64,000 nt of DNA, from the NCBI GenBank assembly GCA_043228905.1, contig JBHGNT010000004.1, positions 2,666,001-2,730,000 on the forward strand, read 5' to 3'. This document shows positions 39,094-53,200 of the stretch, piece after piece (within the stretch, counting starts at the first letter, position 1; each line of letters opens with the position of its first letter). The notes under the pieces were generated by a model. That model ran no database searches, was not told the DNA's origin, and saw only the letters and a program-made list of their open reading frames with translations. Origin of the DNA: Azolla caroliniana (lineage: Eukaryota > Plantae > Polypodiophyta). Made by a program: the position numbers and the translations under genes.

Positions 39094-40608
39094 ATGAATG
39101 GATGACTAGATCAACGCACGACCTGGTTACAGATCGAACTCGACGCCTTGCCGAAAGGCAAAGGAGACGTGAGGCTTTCCAGCAAGTGGTCCAGGAAATT
39201 AGAGCGGATCGCTCGTTTTCCAACGTAATCCGGAGAGTAGCGGAGGAGTCCCTCCGGTTACAGCAAACATCGCACCCGGACGATGGCAGCAGCCTAAGCA
39301 GCCTCCGGGAAACCGAATCCCTTCTCCAGGCGTTGGCAAGCGGAGAAGGCGACGCAGAAGCCTTTTAAGCATATGAATCAGATTTCGAAGAGGGATACAA
39401 CGTGCACACGAACTACCGTAGCAGTAACGACACCCCGGGCGGACCAGAGGACGAAGGATCAGACACCTTACCGACACCGGAACCGGAAGGGCTAAGGCTG
39501 GAACCTCTAGAACCAGAAGCAGAGGAGAGCGACCTCCAACACCGGAAGTGGAGGAGGAGAGGCCTCCGTCACCAAAAGAAGAGGAAAGACCATCGACGCC
39601 GGAGAAAAACCAGGAACGACCACCAACACCACCAGCCCGCGCACCGATACCGGACGACAACATGCCGTTCCAGTACTCCAAGTATAGAGATGATCCGGAC
39701 GCGGAAGCTCATGTTCACGGCTTTGAACAGACATGGGAAGCAAACCATGTGTCCCAGCGATTGACCCCGGAGGAAGAGGAACGCTCTAAGATAGCAGAAT
39801 TCGGCGTCACATTGGAGGGACCGGCAGCAAGATGGCGCCGGACGTAGGATCCGTCTACCATCACCACCTTCGCAGATTTAAAAGCTAAATTCTTGCATTT
39901 TTTCCAAAAGGAGGTGGACCAGACAGTGGTGGTGGGCTTGTTTTATACCATCCGACAGGAGGCAGGGGAGAGCATTCCCGAGTTTGTCATCCGGTTTCAA
40001 CGGATGCATAGTCAGCTTGCCCGCGCACCCCCAGAGGAGGAATTACGGACTATATTCTTAAATGCGCTCCGGGAACCCCTACGCACGGTGTCGCGTTGTT
40101 ACGCGCGTGTGTGTAGAAGGGCGGGACCACGGGGGACTTGGACTAGGGAGTGGAGGAGAAAGATTAGCTCAAGAGGAGAAGAGAACGAATATGACATTAT
40201 GATAGAAGAAGAAGATGCAATCAAGATACTCAACAAGAAGTTCTATTAAGAAATGAATGATTACAACAAACGGTGGCCGCCATGGCCGCACCAAACGACT
40301 ATATGAAAAACCCTAAAGGAAAACCCAAGAAGAAAACCCTAACCGAAACCCTAACCCTAAAACGAAATGGGAAGAAGTAGAACCCTCGACTAAGTGGTAT
40401 ACCTTACTCACACAAAATAGGCAACCCCCACAATGGTGCCTTCTCTCTCCTTTTATAGCACAAGGAGGGAAGACCGCTTACAAAAGTGAGACTAAAATAT
40501 CCCCTTTCATTCAAAGGGGATATTTGCCTTGATTTGGGGGAGGGTGATATTGATGGCCCCTTAACTCCCACCTCCTCACAAACAACTAGGTACCTATGTA
40601 CCGCATAG

Positions 40609-40664
<56 letters not shown>

Positions 40665-43600
40665 GTCGATGTGCGTACAACCACATCACCTTTATACCTT
40701 TATTACTATTACAAATACATTATGTACGTGTGCAACGTTGCACATCGCTCTTTGGCTCTCGTTGCTCGGGTTTCTGCTTGTGGACGAAAATCTTCACGAC
40801 AACGGTTTGCACGGTAATTGACTTCCGCGCAAGTATCATCGACCAGGTCATTGACCGGGTGAGAGAGATGGAAAAGACAAGCTCCTGGCTCACACTGGGA
40901 GCACTCCAACGGGCGTTACCGTCCGATAAAGACCTCCGGTTTCGGCAAGCAATACAGTGCACAATCTGCTTGAATTCCGGACACTCGGCACTAGAATGCA
41001 CTATGAGGACGCAATGTGTAATCTATCACTCCAAGGGCCATACGACGGATAGGTGTGAGTATAATCTATTGAACTGGCAAGCACCGCCCGTCCGACAAAT
41101 AGAGCCACGCAGCAGCCGGGATGAAGAAGAGGAACGCTGGCGGTGAATGGACCGCGACCGACCGGCACAGGATGTCCGGTATGGCGATCGACGGGAAAAT
41201 GATGTCCGGTACAGTGATCGGCGGGATAACTACGATCGGTATGATAGATATGATCGGTATCGGGATTACAATAGACGATACGAACATTACGACCGGGAGC
41301 ACTCCCCCGGGTATCGTCAGCAACGGGAGGAATACGGGAGATATAAGGACCAACCTCGTCAAGAGTACCGCAATAAGAAGAACTATAACAAAAAACGGCA
41401 TTTCAAAAAAGGCGGCTACCCACGGGATCCCGAACAAGGAGCTTCAAGCAGCCAACCGGCCCAAAACCCCGCGCTTACCACAGGACCTGCCCCGAATACA
41501 ACAAACAATGCCGAATCCAGCAATACTCGGAAAGCCTACTGCTACTACTGCCGACAGGAAGGCCATTATAGTAATCAATGCCCGACGAAGAGCTATGACA
41601 AACGACCGACAGTAAATATGGTAGTCCCTGAAGTGGCAGATCTGCAGCAGGTGACCACAAGGTCGAAGGGCATGGCCAAGGAATGGGAGACGCAGGAGAA
41701 CATCCGGAAGCAAGCGACGGAATGGGTGAAGAAAGCAAACGAGCAAAACGTAACAGACTTACAGCGGCAAAAGGAGAACACCGTAGGGCTTGCCGGCGGC
41801 AGTCACTTGGAGAACGAGACATGGCAGGCGTTGCAAGAATGCCAGATTACGCTGCCACTAGGAAGACTCCTACAGCTCGTGCCGAGATTCACGGAAGGAC
41901 TGAAGACAGCCATGACGGAAGGAGAATCATCACCGGCACCAGTACTCTTCTCGAATCCGGAGGAGGGACCAACGGTGGTGGACACCAACAGTCCGGTAAT
42001 CACTGCCATTGTAAAAGGGAAAGAACTCCTCGGCACAGTAATAGACGGAGGCTCCGGTGTGAATGTAATAAGCCTCCGGACGTGTGATGCCCTGGGAATC
42101 CACGAGTTGGAGCCGTGTCCGTTCTGGTTACGGATGGCCGATACAAGCTCCGTGCGGCCGACAGGATTAATTCGAAAATTAGAAGTCACCGTTGGCGGTC
42201 ATACATTTCACATCTCGGCAGTAGTGCTACAATTACAGGCACACGACGCGTACCCGCTATTGCTGGGGCGACTATGGTTGAAAACGGCACACATCAAACA
42301 TAATTGGAGGAAAAATATAATTACCTTCCGGCGAGGAAAAGCCAAGGTACGTGTACCAACACAACCAAGGACGAGCACTGGCAAGGAATGTACACCGTTG
42401 TATGCAGAGTGCGTCAACATGCTAGAAGGGTTAGCTGACGAAGAAGAAGCTCAGTACTTGCAAGAAAATCCGAAGATCGTACCCCTCTTCGAAATTGACA
42501 TTGCCGAAGCAGTAGCGCCATACTTATCACAACTGGAAGAGACTGAAGCAGAACCGGATAAGGACGCAATCCGAGAGTTATGGCAAGCACAGGAAGCGTT
42601 GGAACGGGAAATGGCCGTTTCACAGCGCGTAAAAGCGTCGCAACTTGAAGAGGTGAACCTAGGGACCACGAACGAAGCAAAACCGGTGCACATCGCCAAG
42701 GAGATGAAGTCCGAAGACAAAACGGCGATGATCACACTTCTCACGGAATTTCGCGACGTGTTTGCCTGGTCATACGAAGCCATGCGAGGGCTCGACCCTC
42801 AGGTATACCAGCATCAGATTCACTTCAGCAAGGACGCAAAACCAGTGGCACAAAGACGGTACCGGAGGAATCCCAATTATGCCGCCAAAGTCAAGGAGGA
42901 AATCGACAAACTGCTAATAGTTGGCTTTATCCGTCCGGTAAAGAAAGCGACATGGCTGAGCCCGATCATAGTCGTACCGAAGAAGAACGGAAAAATTCGA
43001 GTTTGTGTGGACTATCGGAAACTCAATGTGGCTACGGTAACGGATGCGTTTCCACTTCCGTTCACCGATGGAGTGTTGGATGCTGTTGCCGGCCACGAGG
43101 TCTATAGCTTTCTAGACGGATTCAGCGGGTATAATCAGATCCGGATGCACCCCGACGACCAAGAGAAAACGTCTTTCGTAACCGAATGGGGGGTGTTTGT
43201 GGCCGTGGTGATGATGTTCGGACTCAAAACGGCACCGGCAACATTCCAACGAATCATCATGGAAATCTTTGGTGAATATATCCTGGCTTTTATGCAGGTT
43301 TTCCTTGACGATTTCGTCGTCTATAGCCGGGAAGAGGATCATTTGCAGCACCTCTGTCTTTGTCTAGAAAAGTGTAGAGCGTACTGGCCAAGCTTCAATC
43401 CGGCGAAGTGTATATTTGGCGTGTCCAGTGGAACCCTACTAGGACATATTGTGAGCCAGGAAGGCATTGCAGTCGACCCGGACAAAGTGAAAGCCATATT
43501 AGAAGCACCGGCGCCGGTAATGGCAAAGGCATTGAGCCGGTTCTTAGGCCAGATCCAGTGGCACAGCCGGATGCTCCGATACTTGGCCGACCTGGCTACA

Positions 43601-45221
43601 CCGTTGCATGCCGCGGTACATCGAACACCATTCTAGTGGACGGACACGGAGGATAGGGCGTATACCGCCCTCAAGGTACTATTGTCGCAAGCACCGGTAG
43701 TACAGCCTCCGGATTGGAGTAAAGAATTTCATGTGTTCGTGGACGCCTACTACATCGCAATCGGAAGCGTACTGATGTAGCTTACAGATCCAAAGTGGTA
43801 CCGGCCAGTGTACTATGCCAGCCGAAAGCTATCCCAAGCGGAACGGAACTACTCTACTACGGAAGGGAAGCCTTAGGGATGATCTACAGTATGACAAAGT
43901 TTCGGCATTATTTATTGGGAAGGAAGTTTTCCTTCCATGTAGATCATTCGGCACTCCTCTACCTGGTGTCCAAGGCGTCACTCACCGGTAAGTTGGCCCG
44001 GTGGACCTTACTGTTACAAGAATTTGAGTTCGAAATATTCCACTGACCCGGTATACAGCATGCCGTAGCGGATTATTTAAGCCGTCTAGAGTCCGGAGAG
44101 ACAGGCGACATGGTGGCCTATGGTGGCCAACAACATTAAGAGATGCTATATGGTACGCAAAAGAATGTGACCTATGCCAGCGAATGGGTCAGCCAACGGA
44201 GCAGGCTCGGATGCCACACCGGCCTGTACTACCACTCGAACCATTCCAGAAGTGGGGGTTGGACTTTGTTGGACCGTTCAAACCACCGTCAATGAGAACA
44301 GGTAATCGGTACATCATCGTCGCGACGGATTACTGCACGAAATGGGTGGAGGCCAAAGCCTTAAGAGACAACACCGTTGCGTCAATGGCAAAATTTCTAT
44401 ACGGATACATCTGGTGCCGTTACGGATGCCCTATCGAATTAATAAGCGACCAAGGGGGGCACTTTCTCGGCCAAGTAGTTGAAAGCCTGACGACATTCTA
44501 TGCCGTTGTCCATAAACCGAGCACACCGTACTATCTGCAACCAAACGGGTTAGCTGAGTCGACGAACAAAACGCTCCATAATATCCTCCGGAAGATCATC
44601 AACGAAAACCGAACGGATTGGGATACCAAGCTACATAGCGCACTTTGGGCATACCGGACAACATACAAAACGAGCATCCGAACAACACCGTTCCGGTTAG
44701 CGTTCGGACTAGAGGCGGTCATGCCTGTGGAATTACAAGTACCAAGCTTATGGATCCAGCTACGGGAACGGTTGAACGAGAAGGAGTCAGAGGCAATACG
44801 GTTAACAACACTGTGTGAACTCGAGGAACAACGGCTGGCAAGCATCCTGCACTTAGAATTGGAACAACGCCGAGAGAAAGCATTTGTCAACCGGCATCGG
44901 AAAGGAAATTAAAAAATGTTCGAAATCGGCAAGCTGGTGTTAGTATTTAAGACCCGGATGGGCAAGATGACGGGTAAACTATGGTTTAGATGGACCAGCC
45001 CGTATTGGCTGACACGTGAGTATAATGGGTCCTACCAGTTAGGGACACTTGCCGGCGAAGTGTTAGGCAAATGGGTCAACGGATTCAGATTGAAGCTATA
45101 TAGAGGACCGATGCCCAAGAACCCATTTGAGCAAAGGACCGACACCGGATCGGGAACCAATGAGGGAAACGGCAACCGTAATAAGGCCGGTAAGGGTCCG
45201 ATAGGACCAACGGACAACTAA
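39094..45221 (+). pseudogene. Gypsy gag-pol (decayed; split by a solo LTR at 40089)
   Basis: Three zinc knuckles, protease VIDGGSGVN, RT VCVDYRKLN / LDGFSGYNQI / VFLDDF, RNase H VDA...YYASR, and integrase WGLDFVGP / SDQGGHF / NGLAES. Internal deletion between RH and INT near 44115. Confidence 0.93.
40089..40801 (-). mobile_element. Solo LTR (Trp group)
   Basis: TGTCGCG...CACGACA. 4-bp TSD ACGG/ACGG. Empty site ACGC-ACGG-TTTGC at 61507-61519. Confidence 0.93.
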
Positions 45222-45928
45222 CCTCACACTACAAAAAAAGAAAAAAAGAAAAAAAAGAAAAGCGAAGTAATCATGCAAAAGTGAGGTATGAATGGACGAG
45301 AGAGCGAGGAGCGAAAAGGTACGTTGTCGTTAAGAATTTCGGCCAGAGGCGGAAACCGGGAAACATTGGCTACATCGGCGGGGTGTAGCGTGTGTACGCA
45401 CCCATGTACATTTAGTGTGAATATCAAGGGCGCCTTTATGGCGCCGAAGAGTAGTCAAGTCGGGACAGACGGTCCCATGTAAGTCGGGGTTTATCCAACA
45501 TTGTAACGCATCCCTGTCCTTGTGCTATAAAAGGAAGGGAACCCCCTTTGTAAAAGGGTTGCCCATTTTGCATTAGAGGGTATACCGTTAGGTTTAGAGT
45601 CAGTTTCTTCTTCTTCTCCCCGTTTGTGTTCGCTTAGGGTTTGCTGCAGCTCATCTCTTGCGCAAGACCCCGCTTGGCGCGACGAGCCCGTGAGCTCCCC
45701 GACCGGCGGCTTGGCAGCTGACGACTGTTGTAAGCTATCTTGGTCCGGCTCGACGCCGGGAATGTATTCTTCTTTTATATATATATATATACGTTTGCGT
45801 CTGTCTGTGTATATTCGCGTCTTCGTTGGTGTCGGGTGTTTCCCCCTTTCCTGCGTTTCCTGTACATAAGGGGGTGAGGCGGGTCTGTGTGTGTGTGTGT
45901 GAGTGTGTGTGCGTGAGTCGGTGTTAAG

Positions 45929-45970
<42 letters not shown>

Positions 45971-46137
45971 TCGGTTGCTTCCGGTGTGCTTCTGGGATGC
46001 CCTGGAAACGGTGAAGCACGACTTCCTACGCTCTGTCACTCCCTAGTCCAAGACCCCCGTGGTCCCGCCTTTCTCCACGCACGCGCGTAACAACGCGACA
46101 TATTTGGTGAACCCGACGTGAAAGGCGGTAAGGGAGG

Positions 46138-47091
46138 ATGGAGTCGGAAGACGACGACCTCGCGGAGATGGTGGCTGAAGTGGTGTTGGAGTTGGCACGA
46201 GTGATGATGAGGCGAGAAGCAGCGCAACAAGCGGTTGAACGAGTGGTCGAAAGAGTCGGTCGTTTTAGTGGGGACAGAGTCCCATCTTACTTGGAAGCCT
46301 ACAACGCGGAAATGGAGGAGTGCGGCGTAGACGAGACGTTGAGGCTGGAGTTCTTCTGGCGGGTCGTAGCTGTCCGGATGCATGCAGAAATAAAGGAGCT
46401 CCGTAAGTCTCATAGTTCGTGGGAGGCCTTCGAAGAGGCGCTCCTGAAGGCATACGGAGGACGGCGGAAGAGCCGGGAACGGCACGACTTCGACCAGTGG
46501 GTAGCATCGGCAAAGACCCACCGGGGCGCTGCCAAGGCGTTTCGAGAGTTCGAGCGGTGGCTTGCTCAGCTCCCGGAGTGGGAACAAGGTTTGGTGGGGG
46601 CGGACAAGGTCCTATTGTTCGTCAGGTCGATCGACCGAGCGGAACGGGAGGCCATCGGGATTGAGCTCGAAGACGATGATGGAGCGAATGGGCTTACGGA
46701 GGACTGGTCGAAGGTCGGAAGGGTGTGCCAACGGCTAGACAATGAGCGAGCCGAGAAGGCTAAGAGGAAGGTACGCGACGGCGTGCCATTACAGCGGGAA
46801 GAGGCTGAACGACAAAGAGAGTCGGCAAGGGTCGGCGTTGGGGCCAGGATTGCGGAGGCGTACGCAGCTCTCGAGGCGATGCTCGAGGAAGAGGAAAGAC
46901 GGAGGCCGCAAGCCCAGACTGAGAAGACGGACTTGCCCCACGCGACGGCGGAAGATCGGTACCACGGTACGATGGGAGAGGGCGTGGAACGAAACGCCCT
47001 CTCGACTTGCGGAGATAGAACGGCCAAGGACGAGGCCGAGATACAGATCGCGGAACCGGAACGTTGGGACCAGCGGTTTCGGGCGTGTTAG
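46138..47091 (+). CDS. Gag-like protein (317 aa) of the non-autonomous element
   Basis: Starts 15 bp after the PBS. Homologous to 26588-27229 (AAQQAVE.VVE, RLE.F.RVVA, W..F.EALL.AYG, LEDDDGANGL.EDW). Confidence 0.7.
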   Translation: MESEDDDLAEMVAEVVLELARVMMRREAAQQAVERVVERVGRFSGDRVPSYLEAYNAEMEECGVDETLRLEFFWRVVAVRMHAEIKELRKSHSSWEAFEEALLKAYGGRRKSRERHDFDQWVASAKTHRGAAKAFREFERWLAQLPEWEQGLVGADKVLLFVRSIDRAEREAIGIELEDDDGANGLTEDWSKVGRVCQRLDNERAEKAKRKVRDGVPLQREEAERQRESARVGVGARIAEAYAALEAMLEEEERRRPQAQTEKTDLPHATAEDRYHGTMGEGVERNALSTCGDRTAKDEAEIQIAEPERWDQRFRAC

Positions 47092-47369
47092 TCCGAGATC
47101 CCGGTCATTGGAGAAGCAAGCCTAGACGGGGCTTGCGCGATCGGTAAGAAGACGACTGCTTAAAACGAAGAGTCGGTGGCTACGGACAAGGGCGTAAAAC
47201 GGACGGGCGATTCTTTGTGTCTTCCCACACTTGCTCCCGGGACGATGGCAGTCGGGCCCGAGTGCCCACGTGAGTCCCAAGCGGAGGAAGGCGGCGGTGA
47301 AAGGCCAAGAATCACCGGCGAGACGATACGGGGAAGGAACGGACGAAAGCCCACGGACCCGATTCCGGA

Positions 47370-48980
47370 GAACTCGGCATTCGGGCCCGTATGCCCATGT
47401 AAGACCGAGGAGATGGATGGCAGTTCCGAGGAGTCCTGGCACGATGCTAGGGAAGATGGATGAGAAACGGCCTGTGAGGTGGCAGAGGACGGACGCGGCA
47501 CGAGGAGATCGGCATTCCGATACGGGTGGAGCGTGATCCGGTTGTGGATCGTTCGATCGGGGCCGGATTCGGCGTGAAAGTGCCGATACGGAAGGGGGTG
47601 CGGGATGAGCCGCCCTCTTTTACATGGGGAGAAAGACCGACCGGGCGAAGGTCGAGAGTTGGAAGGACGATCCTTCACACCGGTTCTAGAGACTTTGGCA
47701 GTCGGCAACGCGGTCGACGTAAGACCAAGATACTGACGGTGGCGGCGAGGTGACGAAGGCAAAGGGACTACGGACGGGCGGTCTACGGAGGATCCTTCAC
47801 ACCGGTTCTAGAGACTTCGGCAGTCGGCAACGCGGTTGACGTAAGACCAAGATACTGACGGTGGCGGCGAGGTGACGAAAGCCAAAGGGCGTAAGGAAGT
47901 CCGGTCCTACGGGATCCCCACACTTAACTAGAGACTCCGGCAGTTCGGCCAACGTGGCAACATGAGACCGAGAGAGAAGGTTGGTGGCGGCGGGAAACGA
48001 GACCCGGCTACGTGGAAGACACGAGGAGAGTCTGGGAGGGACTCAAACAAAAGACACCCGAATTTCGGCCAACATAGAAACGGAGTCCGGTCCTATGGGA
48101 CTCTCACACCGATCCGGAGACCCCGGCAGTTCGGCCAACGTGGCAACGTGAGACCTAGGGAGAAGGACGGTGGCGGCAGGGAACGAGACCCGACAACACG
48201 ATGTAGCGGATAGGGAGACGGTAAGACGGGCGGACGAAGTGCGAAACCCTCACCGACCGGTCATGGTTTCGGAAGGAGCCGGTAGGGGCGAATATGGGGA
48301 GGTGTGTCAGGCCGGAAAGGCACACCTTGGACAGAACAAGAGTCTCGCAAGTGGCCATCGCGGGCCGGATCGAAGCGTGACTACGGGACGGTGTTCGGCG
48401 CGGGCAGGGCCGAACAAAGGAAGCGGAAGACGACACAAGAAAGGTGCCGGGGACGAGGTGACAAGTGCCTAGTGGACTGCATAGGGTCAGAGTCAGGGGA
48501 TAGCAAGAGAGGCTGGAGGAGGATCCTCCACACTCGCTTCGTAGATCTCGGTAGCTCTATCGAAGTAGCGAAGACTGTCACGGCAAGCCCGGGGTGACAG
48601 CTGGTGGGGGCGAGGGGACGATGGCAAGCGGAAGACTCAGGACCTATCGCGGCAGCACGAAGACGGGAATGGCCAAGCGGGCTACTACGAGGTGTTCCGC
48701 GGATGCAAGGGACGCCGGTATGCGGGTGAGCGGCGATGCATGATCTGGCCGGAAAGGGGGCCGACAAGGAGTGCAACACAGGTAGTGCCAAACAACGGAC
48801 GAGGGTATGTGGCACACGGAGGTGCTGGAGCGGAAAGGCGAGCGCGGAGATAGGTTGCGTGGTTCGGAGGTAGCACGGAGAAGGCCGGAAAGGGATCCTC
48901 CACACCGTTCCGGAGACCATGGCGGTTCGAGCCGACGGGGCGATGTAAGACCATGGAGAAGGAAGGTGGCGGCGAGAGGA
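47370..48980 (+). repeat. Degenerate ~120-bp internal repeats
   Basis: Near-perfect pair starting at ~47669 and ~47791 (GATCCTTCACACCGGTTCTAGAGACTT.GGCAGTCGGCAACGCGG). Diverged copies near 47920, 48105, 48525 and 48895. Related units at 27800-28160. Confidence 0.75.
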
Positions 48981-49964
48981 CGAGGGCAACGCGAAACGAC
49001 ATGGGACGGCAATCAGGACGACACGAATGATCAATGGAGGCCAAGCGGGCCACTACGGGCATGCCTCAAGCGGAGGACATCGGGCATACTGCGGGAAGCA
49101 GGGCGTTCATACGGACGAACAAGGGCCAGCGAAAGTACGCGTACTACGGAGATCGCGGCAGAGGACCCATCGACAGGTCGAACGAGCCTACGGGGAGGTA
49201 AGCGCGAAGGAAGAATCGAAGCCGACGGATCAAACCGGCAACGAGTCGGGATGCGGATCACGGAAGACCGGTTTCTCATCGGCCGAAATCTCTCACCCTT
49301 CAACCGGACTTGGCACATACCGGTGGATGTGCGGTTAGGTGGGGGCGGATGTCGTGAAGAATTTCGGCCAGAGGCGGAAACCGGGAAACATTGGCTACAT
49401 CGGCGGGGTGCAGCGTGTGTACGCACCCATGTACATTTAGTGTGAATATCGAGGGCGCCTTTATGGCGCCGAAGAGTAGTCAAGTCGGGACAGACGGTCC
49501 CATGTAAGTCGGGGTTTATCCCACATTGTAACGCATCCCTGTCCTTGTTCTATAAAAGGAAGGGAACACCCTTTGTGAAAGGGTTGCCCATTTTGCATTA
49601 GAGGGTATACCGTTAGGTTTAGAGTCAGTTTCTTCTTCTTTTCCCCCTTCGTGTTCGCTTAGGGTTTGCTGCAGCTCATCTCCTGCGCAAGACCCCGCTC
49701 GGCGCGACGAGCCCGTGAGCTCCCCGACCGACGGCTTGGCAGTTGACGACTGTTGTAAGCTATCTTGGTCCAGCTCGACGCCGGGAATGTATTCTTCTTA
49801 TATATATATATATATACGTTTGCGTCTGTCTGTGTATATTCGCATCTTCGTTGGTGTCGAATGTTTCCCCCTTTCCTGCGTTTCCTATACATAAGGGCGT
49901 GAGGCGGGTCAGTGTGTGTGTGTGTGAGTGTGTGTGTGAGTGTGTGTGCGTGAGTCGGTGTTAA

Positions 49965-49999
<35 letters not shown>

Positions 50000-50202
50000 T
50001 CGGTTGCTTCCGGTGTGCTTCTGGGATGCCCCGAAAACGGTGAAGCACGACTTCCTATGTTCCGTCACTCCCTAGTCCAAGACCCCCGTGGTCCTGCCTT
50101 TCTCCACGCACGCGCGTAACAACGCGACAACGTAGTGGGTATTTAAGGGCCTCCACATCACATAATGCTATTTTAGTACACACGCTCGAAAAAGGCGCCA
50201 GA

Positions 50203-53200
50203 ATGCACAGAGAAAAACCACTACACATGGAGACCCTCTACTTTCGCGAACCCAGGAGCACAGAAGCACCAAGGCGTTGGAAGATCATCAGACGAGAACC
50301 TACGCATAGAGAACCCCCGCTTTTTGAACTCTCTCTTGCTCACTCTCACTCTCATCACCATCCAACCTCACCACCACAATCCGACCTCGACACAGACATG
50401 GACCCGCAAACGCTGTCGGAAGCCGCCAAAAAATGGCTAAAGCAACAAGGGCTCGACGGCTTCTTGACGATTATGGAGGCATCGCCACACAAAGAAGCCG
50501 ACAAGGTGATCAAAGAAATCGACACAGAGGTCATAACGGATGAGGCGATCCGTGCGTTAACAGGCCTTCCGAAGGGAGGCATATTCACGATTGACAATCC
50601 GACCTCGGAGCAACTCATCAAATATTTTGGTGAGTACTCCCTAGCCAGCAAGGGCTACCGGACACAGGGCGACGGAGATTAGTTGTTCCGCGAGATTGCT
50701 CGTGTGCTCCACGAATACGGCCATGTGTACCCTAGACCCCCTGTCATGCCGCAGAACAGGGCAGGGATTATCATCGGCACCTATGAAGGGATCAAGGTGG
50801 ATTGGCCGGTATTGATCACAGACGGTTTGTGTGTGGCGATCGAGATCGTCAGAGGAAAAGACAGCAAAGAAGATCGGGACAGACGGAGGATATGGCACGC
50901 AGTAATGCAATGGCTCACCTTGCTTGTGCCACCCGTCCAGCCCGTCCAGCCCAAGAAGCGGGGAAGAGTGGCGGACGGCACCCCAAAGACTGCTTCCAAA
51001 AGACAACAATTGTTGGCCTCTAAGGCCACTAAGGGGAAGGCGGTGGACACAGAACAGGCGGGAAAGGAGAGCGCCAGCCGGAAGCGGCCAACGGATGCGT
51101 AGGAGGAACCGCTGGTACGGCCTGTAAAGGTTACACTCCGCTGACCGGTGAATAGAGAAGCGGACCCCTTGGCGGCGAACTCAATGCCGGGACTCAGGAG
51201 GAGGAAATAGAGGAGGAGCCTACGGAGCACCTCCAGCGACAGTCGTCGGCAAGGACCATTGAGGCAGCCGGGAAACGTTCAGACCCTCAAACGGAGGGAA
51301 CACCGGCTCCCCATACCGAGACTCCCACGCCAAGGGAGGAACCGGAACCGGTGCGCATGGCACCGGAATCAGAAGCCCTTGCACCACCGGCAGCACCGAC
51401 AAGTCCCATTCCGCCAGAGCCGGAAAGGTCAATGCAGCCTCCCTCGGCCAACCAAGAAGAAGCGCAAGGGGAACCGGGACAGCAGGATGGTCCACGGGCA
51501 GAAACGGAATTGCAACTCGGCGCAATCAGGTGGGACCACCCATCCACAAGCGAGTCCATCCGTCAAACAGCCGTGCAAGCGCAACAACAATGCACCAGTA
51601 GCCTGTGGCTCTGGTGGATAGGCGAATAGATTGCCGGAGCAGTGGGGTATATTGAGGCAGAAGAAAGAGTGCAAAGCGAACGGTTGCTCGTCACAACCGA
51701 ACAACTAGAGATGGCCCGGTCCAGAATCCGGTGCCTTGAAAAAGACTTGGATCAGGTCACAACAGAAATGGCCAAAATGGCCTTAACGGCAACACATATC
51801 CAATCACCGGTGACTCCGGTAAGTGTACAGAATAAAGAAACAGACCAACCTGTACATACTAATAAGACCCCGGCAACGGAAACCGTTCCAGAGAGAGATG
51901 CGGCGCAAGCCCAGGAGCTTGCGGAATTGAGAGATGAACTTGCCGCACAAGAAGCGCTAAGGAGCGTGAACGGGAATTGAAGACAGCGGCCGAAGCCGAA
52001 TTAAAGAAGACTGTTGAGAACCTCCGCCGGGTAGAGGAGAGCCTCCGGAAAGGCCATCAAGCTTACAACTGGCTAAGGGAGGAAAAAGACAAAGTGCTGC
52101 AGGAAAAGGACAAGCTGCGGAAGACGGTGGAAACGGAAATTGAACGGCTAAAGGAGGAGCTCCGCCATCAGAAGGACCGCGAGGACCGGGCCTGTCGACA
52201 GATCAACGTACGGCTCAAGCAAAAGAAAAATGATTTTGAGCACCTGCACCGGGACTACAAACGACTAGAAACGGAGCATAAGGAACAGATGGCTGAGCTC
52301 CAGCAGGAAGTTGATCGGGCCGCGACGGTGCTCGCCGACGAACGTGCGGAAAATACAAGACGGTAGGACGAGGCGGAGAAGGTCCGGATGGAGCTCCAAG
52401 GGCAGCAACAAGAAGAAAGGGAGAGAGCGTCAACGGTATTGCAAAAATTACAAAGCACATATCAAAGGCAATTGACGCATGACAAGGAGCAGGCGGAAGA
52501 CAACGTCAAAATCATCAAGCAATTGAAGGAGGAACGACAAGCTGCGGAGATCAAATCGCAAATGGGAACGGGCCGGATTCAATGCATCCTCCGGGCATGG
52601 CCAAATCAGACAAAATGCTTGATTGACGAAAGCTCCGTAAGATGGTGGACAAAGTGGGCACAAAATACGGCGGAACTCCAATTGCTACGGGTAGACGTGG
52701 CAAACTGGCGGAAGGAAGGAGATGATTGTTACATGTTGACTTCCGAGGACTTCACCGCCATACGGAACGAGCTGGCCGAAGACTTCCAAGTCCTGGCGGA
52801 TGAACAACTGGTGCAGGTCCGGCAACTCGTAGCTCAGCTAGACGATGATAGGCTGTATGCTCAAATCCAGTTTGAAAGCTACGAGCGGTCCCGGGTTCGG
52901 GAAGAAAAAGCACGGGAAGCGGCAACGGTTAACCTTAGTGATGAGGAACCGTCTCCGGCCGAGGGCTAGGCCAGAACCAGTCAACCGGAGACCACAACGA
53001 CGAAGGGAGCAACGACGGAAACGCCGGTGTCAGAGCAACAAACGGAGGAGCAGCTGCAACAGCCACCAAAGGACCAATCGCAGCAGCCATCAACGAAGCA
53101 ACAACAGCAGCAGCAACAACCCCAACAACAACAACAACAACCAATTCTAGATGAACCATTGGAGACTCTCGAACAAAGCATTCTGGATATTTTGGACGAA

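Larger units (their letters stand above)
45325..50129 (+). mobile_element. Non-autonomous gag-only LTR element, tRNA-Trp primed (copy 2)
   Basis: LTRs 45325-46100 and 49350-50129. 4-bp TSD ACGT/ACGT. PBS TGGTGAACCCGACGTGAA at 46105-46122. PPT-like GGTGGGGGCGGA. No pol. Confidence 0.95.

Noticed and set aside
47100-49483. Many overlapping ORFs on both strands
   Set aside because: By-product of GC-rich, repeat-derived internal sequence; no pol or other domains.
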